NCBI GenBank assembly: GCA_046757165.1
Contig: JBHHXT010000013.1
Coordinates: forward strand, 1-50,512
Direction of reading: 5' to 3'
Source of the DNA: a bacterium
GTDB taxonomy: Bacteria; Zhuqueibacterota; Zhuqueibacteria; Oceanimicrobiales; Oceanimicrobiaceae
Length of the DNA: 50,512 nucleotides
Both the position numbers and the translations under genes were made by a program. Shown here in pieces: positions 28,328 through 37,300 of this stretch; the first letter of the stretch is position 1, and the number at the start of each line of letters is the position of its first letter. The notes under the pieces were generated by a model. That model was not told the DNA's origin. It saw only the letters and a list, made by a program, of their open reading frames with translations, and made no database searches.

Positions 28328-29311
28328 GTGACGTTAAAAGAGATTTGCAAGCCGATAAAAAAGGACCTTGAAACCTATGAAAAGGAATTTCGCAATTTGC
28401 TGAAATCCCACGTTTTCTTGATAGACAAGGTTGTTCAATACATCATTGCCAACAAAGGCAAGCGCTTACGCCCGATTTTGGTTATTTTGACCAGCCGGTT
28501 GCACAACAGCAACGGCGCAGTCCTGGACCGGCGGAACCTGAAGGCCGCCGCGATCATGGAGCTTCTGCACACGGCAACTCTGGTGCATGATGACGTGATT
28601 GACCGGTCGCACCAGCGGCGCGGCGTGCCGTCGGTGAATTCGATCTGGAAAAACAAGGTTTCGGTGTTGATGGGGGACTATCTTTTTTCGAAGGCTCTGC
28701 TTGCCATGTTGAGCCTGAAGAGCCTGCGCGCTTATGAAATCATCTCTGAGACGGCCGAACGCATGGCCCAGGGCGAGCTGCTGGGCGTAGAACGTAGCAA
28801 AGATTATTGGTTGGAAGAAGAAGTCTATTTCCGGTTGATCGCAGACAAGACGGCATCGTTGCTTGCGGCGGCCTGCCAGCTCGGCGCGGTTTCTTGCAGC
28901 GACGACGAAGAGGACATCGAGGCGATGAAAGCGTTCGGAGAGAACCTCGGCATCGCCTTTCAGATCCGCGACGATTTGCTCGACATCCTGGGAAAGGAAA
29001 AGAAAACCGGCAAGCCACTGGGCAACGATATTCGGGATAACAAGGTGACCTTGCCGTTGATCTATGCTTTGCGAAATGCCAGAAAATCTGAGGCGCGCCG
29101 GGTGATTCGCACGATCAAGAACTCGCCTAAGAAACAAGAAATTAAAGAAATCATCTCTTTTGTCGAGAATCATGGTGGCATCGAATACGCCATGGACAAG
29201 GCAAATGAGTATGTGGAGCTGGCTCAAAGGTCGCTACAGCGATATCCCGATACCCCATACAAAGCCTCTTTGCAAAAACTTGTGAGCTTCATCACTACGC
29301 GTGAAAGCTGA
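28328..29311 (+). CDS. Long-chain polyprenyl diphosphate synthase (IspB/HepT-like)
   Basis: GKRLRP, LVHDDVID..RRG (FARM), KTA, FQIRDDLLD (SARM). Confidence 0.93.
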   Translation: MTLKEICKPIKKDLETYEKEFRNLLKSHVFLIDKVVQYIIANKGKRLRPILVILTSRLHNSNGAVLDRRNLKAAAIMELLHTATLVHDDVIDRSHQRRGVPSVNSIWKNKVSVLMGDYLFSKALLAMLSLKSLRAYEIISETAERMAQGELLGVERSKDYWLEEEVYFRLIADKTASLLAAACQLGAVSCSDDEEDIEAMKAFGENLGIAFQIRDDLLDILGKEKKTGKPLGNDIRDNKVTLPLIYALRNARKSEARRVIRTIKNSPKKQEIKEIISFVENHGGIEYAMDKANEYVELAQRSLQRYPDTPYKASLQKLVSFITTRES

Positions 29312-29489
29312 GCCGTGTTTTCTTCCAATCAAATGTTCGACAATTTCATCCTAAATGATACACGTGAAATTGGCCAAAACAACCTCAATGCAGGTAAAAG
29401 TATGATTGGAGCAAGCGTGTAGGTTGACTTACGGAAAATCTAATGGATAATACCGGGATCTGTCAACTTTACAAGCAGAAAAGGACTTT

Positions 29490-30425
29490 ATGCCAAGATC
29501 ATTAGTAACAGGTGGGGCAGGCTTCTTAGGATCTCATCTTTGTGAATATTTAGTGAACAAAGGACATGAGGTCATCGCCATTGACAATTTGCTGACTGGA
29601 ACGATCACAAACATCGAACATTTGCAGTGCGAACAATTCAAGTTTATCAAGCATGATGTCACAGAGTACATCTATTGTGCCGGACCGATTGACTACGTGA
29701 TTCACTTCGCCTCTCCGGCGAGCCCGAAGGATTACCTGGAGCTCCCGATTCAAACGCTGAAAGTCGGCGCGATGGGCACCCATAAAGCACTCGGGTTGGC
29801 CAAGGAAAAGAAGGCGGCGTTCTTGCTGGCGTCGACCTCTGAGGTCTATGGTGACCCGCAGGTCCATCCGCAGCGCGAAGATTATTGGGGACATGTGAAC
29901 CCGGTGGGCCCGCGCGGCGTCTATGACGAAGCCAAGCGGTTCGCCGAAGCGATCACCATGGCTTACCACCGCTTTCATGGCCTGAATACCAAGATTGTGC
30001 GCATTTTCAACACCTACGGTGCCAGAATGCGTCCCAACGATGGCCGGGCGATCCCGACTTTCATTCCGCAGGCGCTGAAAATGGAGCCCCTGACCGTCTT
30101 TGGCGACGGCTCTCAAACGCGCAGTTTCTGCTACGTGGATGATGTTCTCGATGGCTTCTACCGGTTGCTGATGGCTGATTTCCATGAGCCCATCAATCTT
30201 GGCAACCCCAAGGAGATGACCATCAGAGCCCTGGCCGAAACCATTGTTCGTGTCACAGGCAGCAAGAGCAAGATCGTCTACAGCCCTCTGCCCGAAGATG
30301 ACCCGAAAGTGCGGCAGCCCGACATCAGCAAGGCCAAGTCTATCCTCGGTTGGGAGCCGAAGGTCGACCTCGACGAAGGGTTGCACGTCACGATCCCCTG
30401 GTTCCGGCGGCAGCACAGTCCTTGA
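29490..30425 (+). CDS. UDP-glucuronate decarboxylase-like extended SDR
   Basis: [47 protein letters not shown]. Confidence 0.92.
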   Translation: MPRSLVTGGAGFLGSHLCEYLVNKGHEVIAIDNLLTGTITNIEHLQCEQFKFIKHDVTEYIYCAGPIDYVIHFASPASPKDYLELPIQTLKVGAMGTHKALGLAKEKKAAFLLASTSEVYGDPQVHPQREDYWGHVNPVGPRGVYDEAKRFAEAITMAYHRFHGLNTKIVRIFNTYGARMRPNDGRAIPTFIPQALKMEPLTVFGDGSQTRSFCYVDDVLDGFYRLLMADFHEPINLGNPKEMTIRALAETIVRVTGSKSKIVYSPLPEDDPKVRQPDISKAKSILGWEPKVDLDEGLHVTIPWFRRQHSP

Positions 30426-30535
30426 CAGTGCAGAACGAACAGGCCTTGCCTCACTGGGCAATTTCTCCCTTTTGCGTTGACTTTCACAAAAAAAGTTCTT
30501 GATTATAGCTGGAAAAACGGAGGACATCTCCTTTA

Positions 30536-30886
30536 TTGGATGCCAAAGAGTTAGCGGAACGAATCGCCGATCTGTCACTGGAGAAGAAAGCCACCGATGT
30601 CATCATCCTGGATTTGCAGCCGCTAACTTCCATGACAGACTATTTTGTGATATGCACTGGCTCAACGAACACCCAGGTGAAGGCGATCACCGAGCATATC
30701 CTGGATAAACTAAAACGTGAAAAGAACCGGCCGTTGCATGTCGAAGGATTCTCCAACCAGGAATGGGTGCTTTTGGATTACATCGACGTTGTCGCCCACA
30801 TTTTTCAGCCACACAAGCGCGAGTTCTACGGCCTGGAGCGGCTCTGGGGAGACGCTGAAAGGACGGAAGTGAAGGATGAGTCATGA
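30536..30886 (+). CDS. rsfS: Ribosomal silencing factor RsfS (Iojap)
   Basis: KKATD, DYFVICTG, WVLLDYIDV, FYGLERLW. TTG start. Confidence 0.95.
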   Translation: MDAKELAERIADLSLEKKATDVIILDLQPLTSMTDYFVICTGSTNTQVKAITEHILDKLKREKNRPLHVEGFSNQEWVLLDYIDVVAHIFQPHKREFYGLERLWGDAERTEVKDES

Positions 30887-32535
30887 CGGGTGAGGCCTAC
30901 CTGAAGGAGAGATTGACCCGAGCGCTGCGAGAAAAGGGGTTTGTGTCGGCGGGCGAGATAAATGTCGCTCTGGAGCGGCCGAAGAGCGCCGAGCATGGCG
31001 ATCTGGCAACAAACGTGGCGATGCTGCTCGCTGCCAGATTGAGCCGCAACCCACGGGAGATTGCCAACGAGCTGGTGGAAGCTTTGGAGCTGGATTCGAA
31101 TCTTGTTTCTGCTGTCGAGGTCGCCGGGGCGGGTTTTATCAATTTCCGTTTTGGGGCCGGGTACTATCATCCTGCGCTTGCTGACATTTTGCGGCTGAAG
31201 GAGAAGTATGGCCGCACCTCCTGGGGCGACGGTGAAGCGGTCCAAATTGAATTTGTCAGCGCTAACCCGACCGGGCCGCTCAACGTCGTGAGCGCACGGG
31301 CAGCCGCAGTGGGGGATGTGCTGGCCAATCTCTTTGACGCGGTCGGCTACCGGGTCGAGCGGGAATATTATGTCAATGACGCCGGCCGCCAGGTGCGTCT
31401 TCTCGGCCAATCGGTGAGCGCCCGCTACATGCATCTGCTGGGCCAGCAGGAACCCTTTCCCGAAGATGGATACCACGGGGAGTATATTCGCGAGCTGGCG
31501 CAGCAGTTTCTGGACGAGCACGGCGAGCGGTTCGCGACTTTGGATAAAGCCGCCAGGTCGAAAGCGTTTTCTGAAATGGCGCTCGAAACCATTCTGGCCG
31601 GGCAGAAGGCCGTGCTCGACCATTACGGACTCGATTATGACACCTGGTTTCGCGAAAGCAAGCTGCGGGCGGACAACGCCCATCTCCAGGTGCTGGAAAA
31701 GCTCACCGCCAAGGGCCACGTCTACGAAGAGAACGGCGCCAAATGGTTCATGTCGTCGCAATTCGGTGATGAGAAAGACCGTGTGCTGGTGACACAGGAT
31801 GGCGAGCCGACTTATTTTTTGGTGGATATCGCCTACCATGTGAACAAATACGAGCGCGGGTTTGCAAAACTGGTTGATCTCTGGGGACCGGACCATCACG
31901 GCTACATCGCACGAGTGAAAGCCGCGCTGGTCGCGCTCGGCTACCCGAAAGGCAGTTTCGAGGTCAACATCATTCAGCAAGTGAATTTGCTGCGCAAGGG
32001 CGAAATCGTCAAAATGTCCAAACGTGCCGGCAAAATCATCGAGATGAAGGAGCTGCTGCAAGAAGTCGGCGTGGATGTGGCGCGGTTCTTTTTTCTCGCC
32101 CGGCGCAACCAGAGCCCACTGGACTTCGATTTGGACCTGGCAAAGAACACTTCCGAAGAGAACCCGGTCTATTATGTCCAGTACGCTCACGCCCGCATCT
32201 GCAACATTCTCAAACATGCCCAAGCCCGGGGGGTGACCCTGCCGGATGAGGCCCGCCTGGATCTGCTGGACCAGGCCGAAGAGATGGCGTTGATCAAGAA
32301 ATTGCTCGAATTTCCGGACTTGATTTCAAAGGCTGCCAGGTACCTGGAGCCACATCGTGTGCCCACCTACCTGCAGGAGCTTGCGGCTGTTTTTCACCGT
32401 TTTTATCACCACCACCGGGTGGTCACGGAAGACGCGGAGCTTACACGGGCACGGCTTCTTTTGGTTCAGGGAACCCGCATCGTTCTGGCCAATGCCCTCA
32501 GGGTGCTCGGGGTCTCGGCGCCGGAGCAGATGTAG
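30883..32535 (+). CDS. argS: Arginine--tRNA ligase
   Basis: HGDLATN, EFVSANPTGPL, EYYVND, WGPDHHGY, KMSKR, YVQYAHAR, APEQM C-terminus. Confidence 0.96.
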   Translation: MTGEAYLKERLTRALREKGFVSAGEINVALERPKSAEHGDLATNVAMLLAARLSRNPREIANELVEALELDSNLVSAVEVAGAGFINFRFGAGYYHPALADILRLKEKYGRTSWGDGEAVQIEFVSANPTGPLNVVSARAAAVGDVLANLFDAVGYRVEREYYVNDAGRQVRLLGQSVSARYMHLLGQQEPFPEDGYHGEYIRELAQQFLDEHGERFATLDKAARSKAFSEMALETILAGQKAVLDHYGLDYDTWFRESKLRADNAHLQVLEKLTAKGHVYEENGAKWFMSSQFGDEKDRVLVTQDGEPTYFLVDIAYHVNKYERGFAKLVDLWGPDHHGYIARVKAALVALGYPKGSFEVNIIQQVNLLRKGEIVKMSKRAGKIIEMKELLQEVGVDVARFFFLARRNQSPLDFDLDLAKNTSEENPVYYVQYAHARICNILKHAQARGVTLPDEARLDLLDQAEEMALIKKLLEFPDLISKAARYLEPHRVPTYLQELAAVFHRFYHHHRVVTEDAELTRARLLLVQGTRIVLANALRVLGVSAPEQM

Positions 32536-32659
32536 AGGACCTTAGTCGAGAGCGAGCACCTTCCGAGCGCCTGACGAATCATTTTCCGCCCCGACTGTTC
32601 TAATCTAATTGTATTCCTAAAATGACTGTCGGGGCAAGACCTTTGGAGACTCGACTTTT

Positions 32660-32700
32660 TTTCGAATTTGGAGCTTAGGATTTCGAATTTCCGGCTCAGG
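32660..32700 (-). repeat. Dispersed heptamer-periodic intergenic repeat, copy 2
   Basis: Minus strand reads cctgagccgg-aaattcg-aaatcct-aagctcc-aaattcg-aaa; matches 7036-7085. Confidence 0.7.
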
Positions 32701-32723
32701 GATGACTAACAGAAGGAAGAACT

Positions 32724-33641
32724 ATGAGTATTCTCGTTGTCGGCTCAGTGGCGCTGGATACGGTGAAGACACCGTTTGGCGCGGTGGAAGATGCGCTCGG
32801 AGGCGCAGCGGTCTATTTTAGCGCAGCCGCATCTTATTTTGCGCCGGTCAATCTGGTAGGGGTTGTTGGAGACGATTTCGACCGGGGCTTGCTGGATTTT
32901 CTGGTGCCCCGCAACGTCGATCTGCGCGGCCTGGAGGTGAAGCCCGGCAAGACGTTTCGCTGGGGCGGCATCTATCTGGACGACCTGAATGCGCGAGAAA
33001 CGACGTTCACGCACCTGAACGTTTTCGAAGAATTCCAGCCGGTGATTCCTGAGGCCTACAAGAACGCCGACTTCATCTTTCTTGCCAACATCGCGCCCGA
33101 GCTGCAGTTGGATGTCCTGCGGCAGGTGAACGCTCCCAGGCTGGTGGCGCTTGACACCATGAACTACTGGATCGAGGGCAGCCTGCCAGCGCTCAAAGCG
33201 TTGCTGAAGAAAGTACACGTGCTGATCATCAACGACTCGGAAGCGCGGCAATTGTCAGGCGAGTTCAATCTGGTGAAGGCTTCACGGGCGATCCAGGAGA
33301 TGGGGCCGAGGGTCATTATTATCAAAAAAGGAGAGCACGGTGCGGTGATGGTGGCCGAAGACTTTTCCTTTTTTTCAGCGCCTGCGTTCCCGTTAGAGTC
33401 GATCTGCGACCCAACCGGTGCGGGCGATACCTTCGCGGGCGGCTTCATGGGCTACCTGGCCCGGGCCGGTGAGCCTTCCGAAGAGCACTTTCGCCAGGCC
33501 CTGATCTTTGGCAGCACCATGGCTTCCTTCTGCGTCGAGAAGTTCAGCCTGGAGAAGCTGGTCGGTTTGTCGCAGCAGGAGATTAGAGACCGGTTTCTCG
33601 ATTTCTGGAAGATGACCTGTTTTAGCCCCGAGGCAACGTGA
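32724..33641 (+). CDS. PfkB-family carbohydrate/nucleoside kinase
   Basis: VVGSVALD, GG, GVVGDD, NDSEA, KKGEHG, DPTGAGDTFAGG. Confidence 0.93.
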   Translation: MSILVVGSVALDTVKTPFGAVEDALGGAAVYFSAAASYFAPVNLVGVVGDDFDRGLLDFLVPRNVDLRGLEVKPGKTFRWGGIYLDDLNARETTFTHLNVFEEFQPVIPEAYKNADFIFLANIAPELQLDVLRQVNAPRLVALDTMNYWIEGSLPALKALLKKVHVLIINDSEARQLSGEFNLVKASRAIQEMGPRVIIIKKGEHGAVMVAEDFSFFSAPAFPLESICDPTGAGDTFAGGFMGYLARAGEPSEEHFRQALIFGSTMASFCVEKFSLEKLVGLSQQEIRDRFLDFWKMTCFSPEAT

Positions 33642-34057
33642 ATGTCATAACCGATTCTTTCGAGATTTCCACCCGCGGTTTTACGGACATCATCGACCTT
33701 ACCAATGAGGTTGCCGGCGTCCTGCACCGCTCGGGTCTGAGTGAAGGCCAGCTTACCGTCTTTGTCGCGGGCTCCACCGCGGGGATCACCTCCATCGAGT
33801 ACGAGCCTGGCCTGCTCAAGGACCTGCCAGAGGCCTTTGAAAAGTTCGCTCCGACCGGAATCACCTATCATCACGACGCAGCCTGGGGAGACGGCAACGG
33901 CTACGCGCATGTGCGCGCTGCCATGCTCGGCCCCTCCTTTGCCGTCCCGTTTCAGGGCGGCAAGTTGATTCTTGGCACCTGGCAGCAGATCGTGCTGGTC
34001 GACTTCGACAACCGGTCGCGACAGCGGAATATTGTTGTGCAGATGATAGGCCAATGA
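33638..34057 (+). CDS. yjbQ: YjbQ / UPF0047 (secondary thiamine-phosphate synthase) family protein
   Basis: GSTAGIT, YHHD...GNGYAH, LGTWQQI, DFD motifs. Confidence 0.92.
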   Translation: MNVITDSFEISTRGFTDIIDLTNEVAGVLHRSGLSEGQLTVFVAGSTAGITSIEYEPGLLKDLPEAFEKFAPTGITYHHDAAWGDGNGYAHVRAAMLGPSFAVPFQGGKLILGTWQQIVLVDFDNRSRQRNIVVQMIGQ

Positions 34058-34065
34058 GACCCTAA

Positions 34066-34206
34066 TTTTTTTCGCAGACTGCGCTGCGAAAAAAGTCATT
34101 TAGCGCTTCGCGCTGTCATTTGACCTGAGGGCGTCAGTGGGTCAGTCGTTGCTCAATGACGCCCGCCGGGCAAATGGCAACAAATGACGAGCGAAGCTCA
34201 AATGAC
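34066..34206. repeat. Intergenic palindromes: a perfect 11-bp-stem hairpin followed by a ~112-bp imperfect inverted repeat
   Basis: ttttttcgcag/ctgcgaaaaaa. Then outer arms gtcatttagcgcttcgcgctgtcatttg / caaatgacgagcgaagctcaaatgac enclose an inner stem gggcgtca/tgacgccc. Confidence 0.65.
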
Positions 34207-34352
34207 AGTAATTCATCGACAACGCTCCCACCATCATTGTTCTCAAACGTTCACCTGCTTGAACAAAACTTAATTAGGACTTGTTGGCGCGGTTTTCTAC
34301 ATTCCGGCGCAATCAACGAATCAACCCCGTTATCCTAATTCAAGGAGGAAAA

Positions 34353-37300
34353 ATGGCGAGTTTTTGTAGAGGTTTGTGGTTAGCCGCGCTGATCGTGACT
34401 GCAACCTGCCAGGCGGCTTTTGCACAATTGACCCTTGTCGCCTCCGCGCCCGCGGATGGCGACACCAACGTCCCGGTCACGATCGACTTTCAACTGACCT
34501 TTAGTGCTGCCCTGGATACGAGTTTTCGCTTCGGCCCTGAAGATGACTCGTTTCTCGAAATTGAAATCTTCCCGAAGGATTCAACGGCCGAGCCGGCGCA
34601 AATCGAGGTGAGCGAAGACCTGACGACTGTTACCGCATTCGGTTTGCCCCTCAGGGAGGACACCATTTATAAGGTGCTGCTCTCCGGAGCCAAAAGCCTC
34701 ACGGGTGAGAGCCTGGACCGGCCCTACGTGATCACATTTGCGACTGGAGACTCTCTACCCACCGGCGTCATTTCGGGCGAGGTCACGGCAGCGGGAGGAG
34801 ACGCCGCCGGGACAGTTGTCGCGCTATTTGGCGAAGGGCTGTTCGAGGGTGATGTGGTCGCTCTGGGTGTGGCCAACTCCCCCTACACCCTCAACTACGT
34901 GCCTGACGGCGTTTTTGCGCTGCTTGCGATTCAGGATAGCAACGGGGATGGCATCTTGGATCTCGAAGTGGATGACGCCTTTGGCTTTTATGATCAGGAT
35001 GACGACGGCCAGCCCGATGAAGTCGTTGTCGCCGCCGGCGACACGGTTACCGGAGTTGATCTGGACATTGACTTGCCGGTTCCCTTCACAGCCGGAGAGG
35101 GTTTGTCGAATGCAGAGACAGCCGCCCAGGCGTGGGCCTCTGATGCGGAGGTGGTGATTGCGGAGTCCGAGGACATCAGCCCGGAGGGCGATGCCGCCAA
35201 CTGGCATTATATCTTTTATTCGCCCACGGCCGGGGAATTTCGCGGCTTTTTTGTGATGGCCGGGGCGGTTTTCATGACCGAGCTGCCTGACTTCCAATTG
35301 CCAGACACAACGGCGTTACCGCTGGAGTGGATCGACAGTGACAGCGCCGCTGCTATCGCGGAAGCAAATGGGGGCGGCGACTTTAGAAGCCAATTTCCCG
35401 ATGCTGGCCTGTTTGGCGCGCTGCATCCGTTCTTCGGTCCACCCGGACCACCATCGCTTTATTCACGGATGAGCGGCTGGCCGGTTCATTCAGCGCACTT
35501 CGGACGGAATGCCGGCAGCACCAGAGAGCTGGCCCCCTCCAGCAGGCAAGATGAGATCGAGGCGGTCTGGTTCTTCTCCTACTCTTCCGAAGCTGAGCAT
35601 GAGTTCTTCGACGTTGCCATCGATGCGCAAACGGGGACGCTCCTGTTTACCTCGACACCGAACACGGCGCGCGAGCGGCTGGATGTGGCGGAGGATTTGG
35701 CTCATACCTGGTCGGAAGACGTTTTGCTCATCGATGTTGGCACGCATGACATCGGTGCGGACGGGCTGGCACGCGAGTGGCGTTTTTCCTATTTTTCTCC
35801 CTCTGTCGATTCTCTATTCATCGTGCATACTTTTGGCGATGGCGCGCATACCGAGATTCGTCCAACCTTCGAGGCCCCTTCGCTTGGGCCGCTCCCCGAC
35901 AATTGGATCGACAGCCCACAGGCGGCGGAGGCAGCCGAGCAGCACAGCGCCGATTTCCGCCAGCACCATCCTGATGCGTGGGTAGATGCGTTTCTGACGC
36001 GCGGGTTTTCTCACGATGGACGCGCCGTCTGGTGGTTTCACTATGAATCCCACGACCCCTTTGACCGGCTGAAAATAGGGATTGATGCGGAGACCGGGGA
36101 GCTGGTGGCTTCCTATGGGCCTCTGCTGTTGGAGTCTTCTTCGCCGGCCGACGGCGAGACTGGAGTGCCGACCCTGGCCACCTTTTCGCTGACGTTTAGC
36201 GCGCCGTTGGACACGAATTTCCATTTTCACGACGGTTTCGTGGAGATCGAGTTCTTCCCGGCAGACTCGATCGGTGAGCCGGAGCATATCGAGGTGAGTC
36301 CGGACTTACGGACGGTGACGGCGCACAACTTCCCGTTGACGGATGAGACGCAATTTTCAGCCTTGCTGACCGGAGCGATGGGGGTGGATGGCCAGCCGCT
36401 CGAGCGGCCCTATGTGATCACGTTCACGACCGGGGCCTCCCTGCCTTCCGGCGTGGTTTCCGGGCCTTTGAACTTGCCTGACGGAGAGGGGTTTGGGACG
36501 GTGGTTGCGCTTTTCCGCAAGCATGTTTTTTATGATGAGGTGGCGGGTGTGGGGGTTGCGACTTCCCCCTACGTCATCGATTATGTTGCAGACGGTTCCT
36601 ATCTCCCGGTGGGGTTCAATTGGGGCCCTCACGGGCCGCGGTTTGGCTTTCATGATCCGGACCATGACGGTCTGCCAGATACAGTCGTGGTGGCGGGCGG
36701 CGACAGCGTAGCCGGCATTGATATTGACTTCGAGCCGCCCCCACCACAAACTGCGCACACTCCCCTATCAGAGGTTGAGGCCGCGGCGCAGGCCTGGGCT
36801 GATGACGCCGCGCTGGTGGGTGTGGCAACGAACCACATCGATCCTGAGGGTGGCGCACCTTACTGGGTCTATCTTTTCTACTCGGCAGCGCAGGATGAAT
36901 TCACCGCCCTTTTCCTGCTTGGCGACGTTGTTTTGCCGGCTGATTTTGACGAAGGTCCTCCCGGCGATCCCACGCCCTTGCCGGTCAACTGGATAGACAG
37001 TGACAGCGCGGCAGCGGTGGCGGAGGCCCACGGCGGCCATGATTTCAGAAATGAGCACTCCCATACCGAGGTGTTCGCCTTCCTGGCCTCGAGTCATGAT
37101 AGTGGGAGTGTGGTCATGCCAGCGGTTTCCAAGGATGCACTGCGGATGCTCGAGGGGCGGACGTGGAGCTCCCTGCCGTCGGTCAGCCCGGGGCAGCAGC
37201 AGGGCGCCGCCTGGTTCTTCTCCTATTTCTCCCACGAGGACGGGCAATTTCTGGATATCGGTGTCGATGCCCTTACCGGCGAGCTGTTGTTCGTCTCGGG

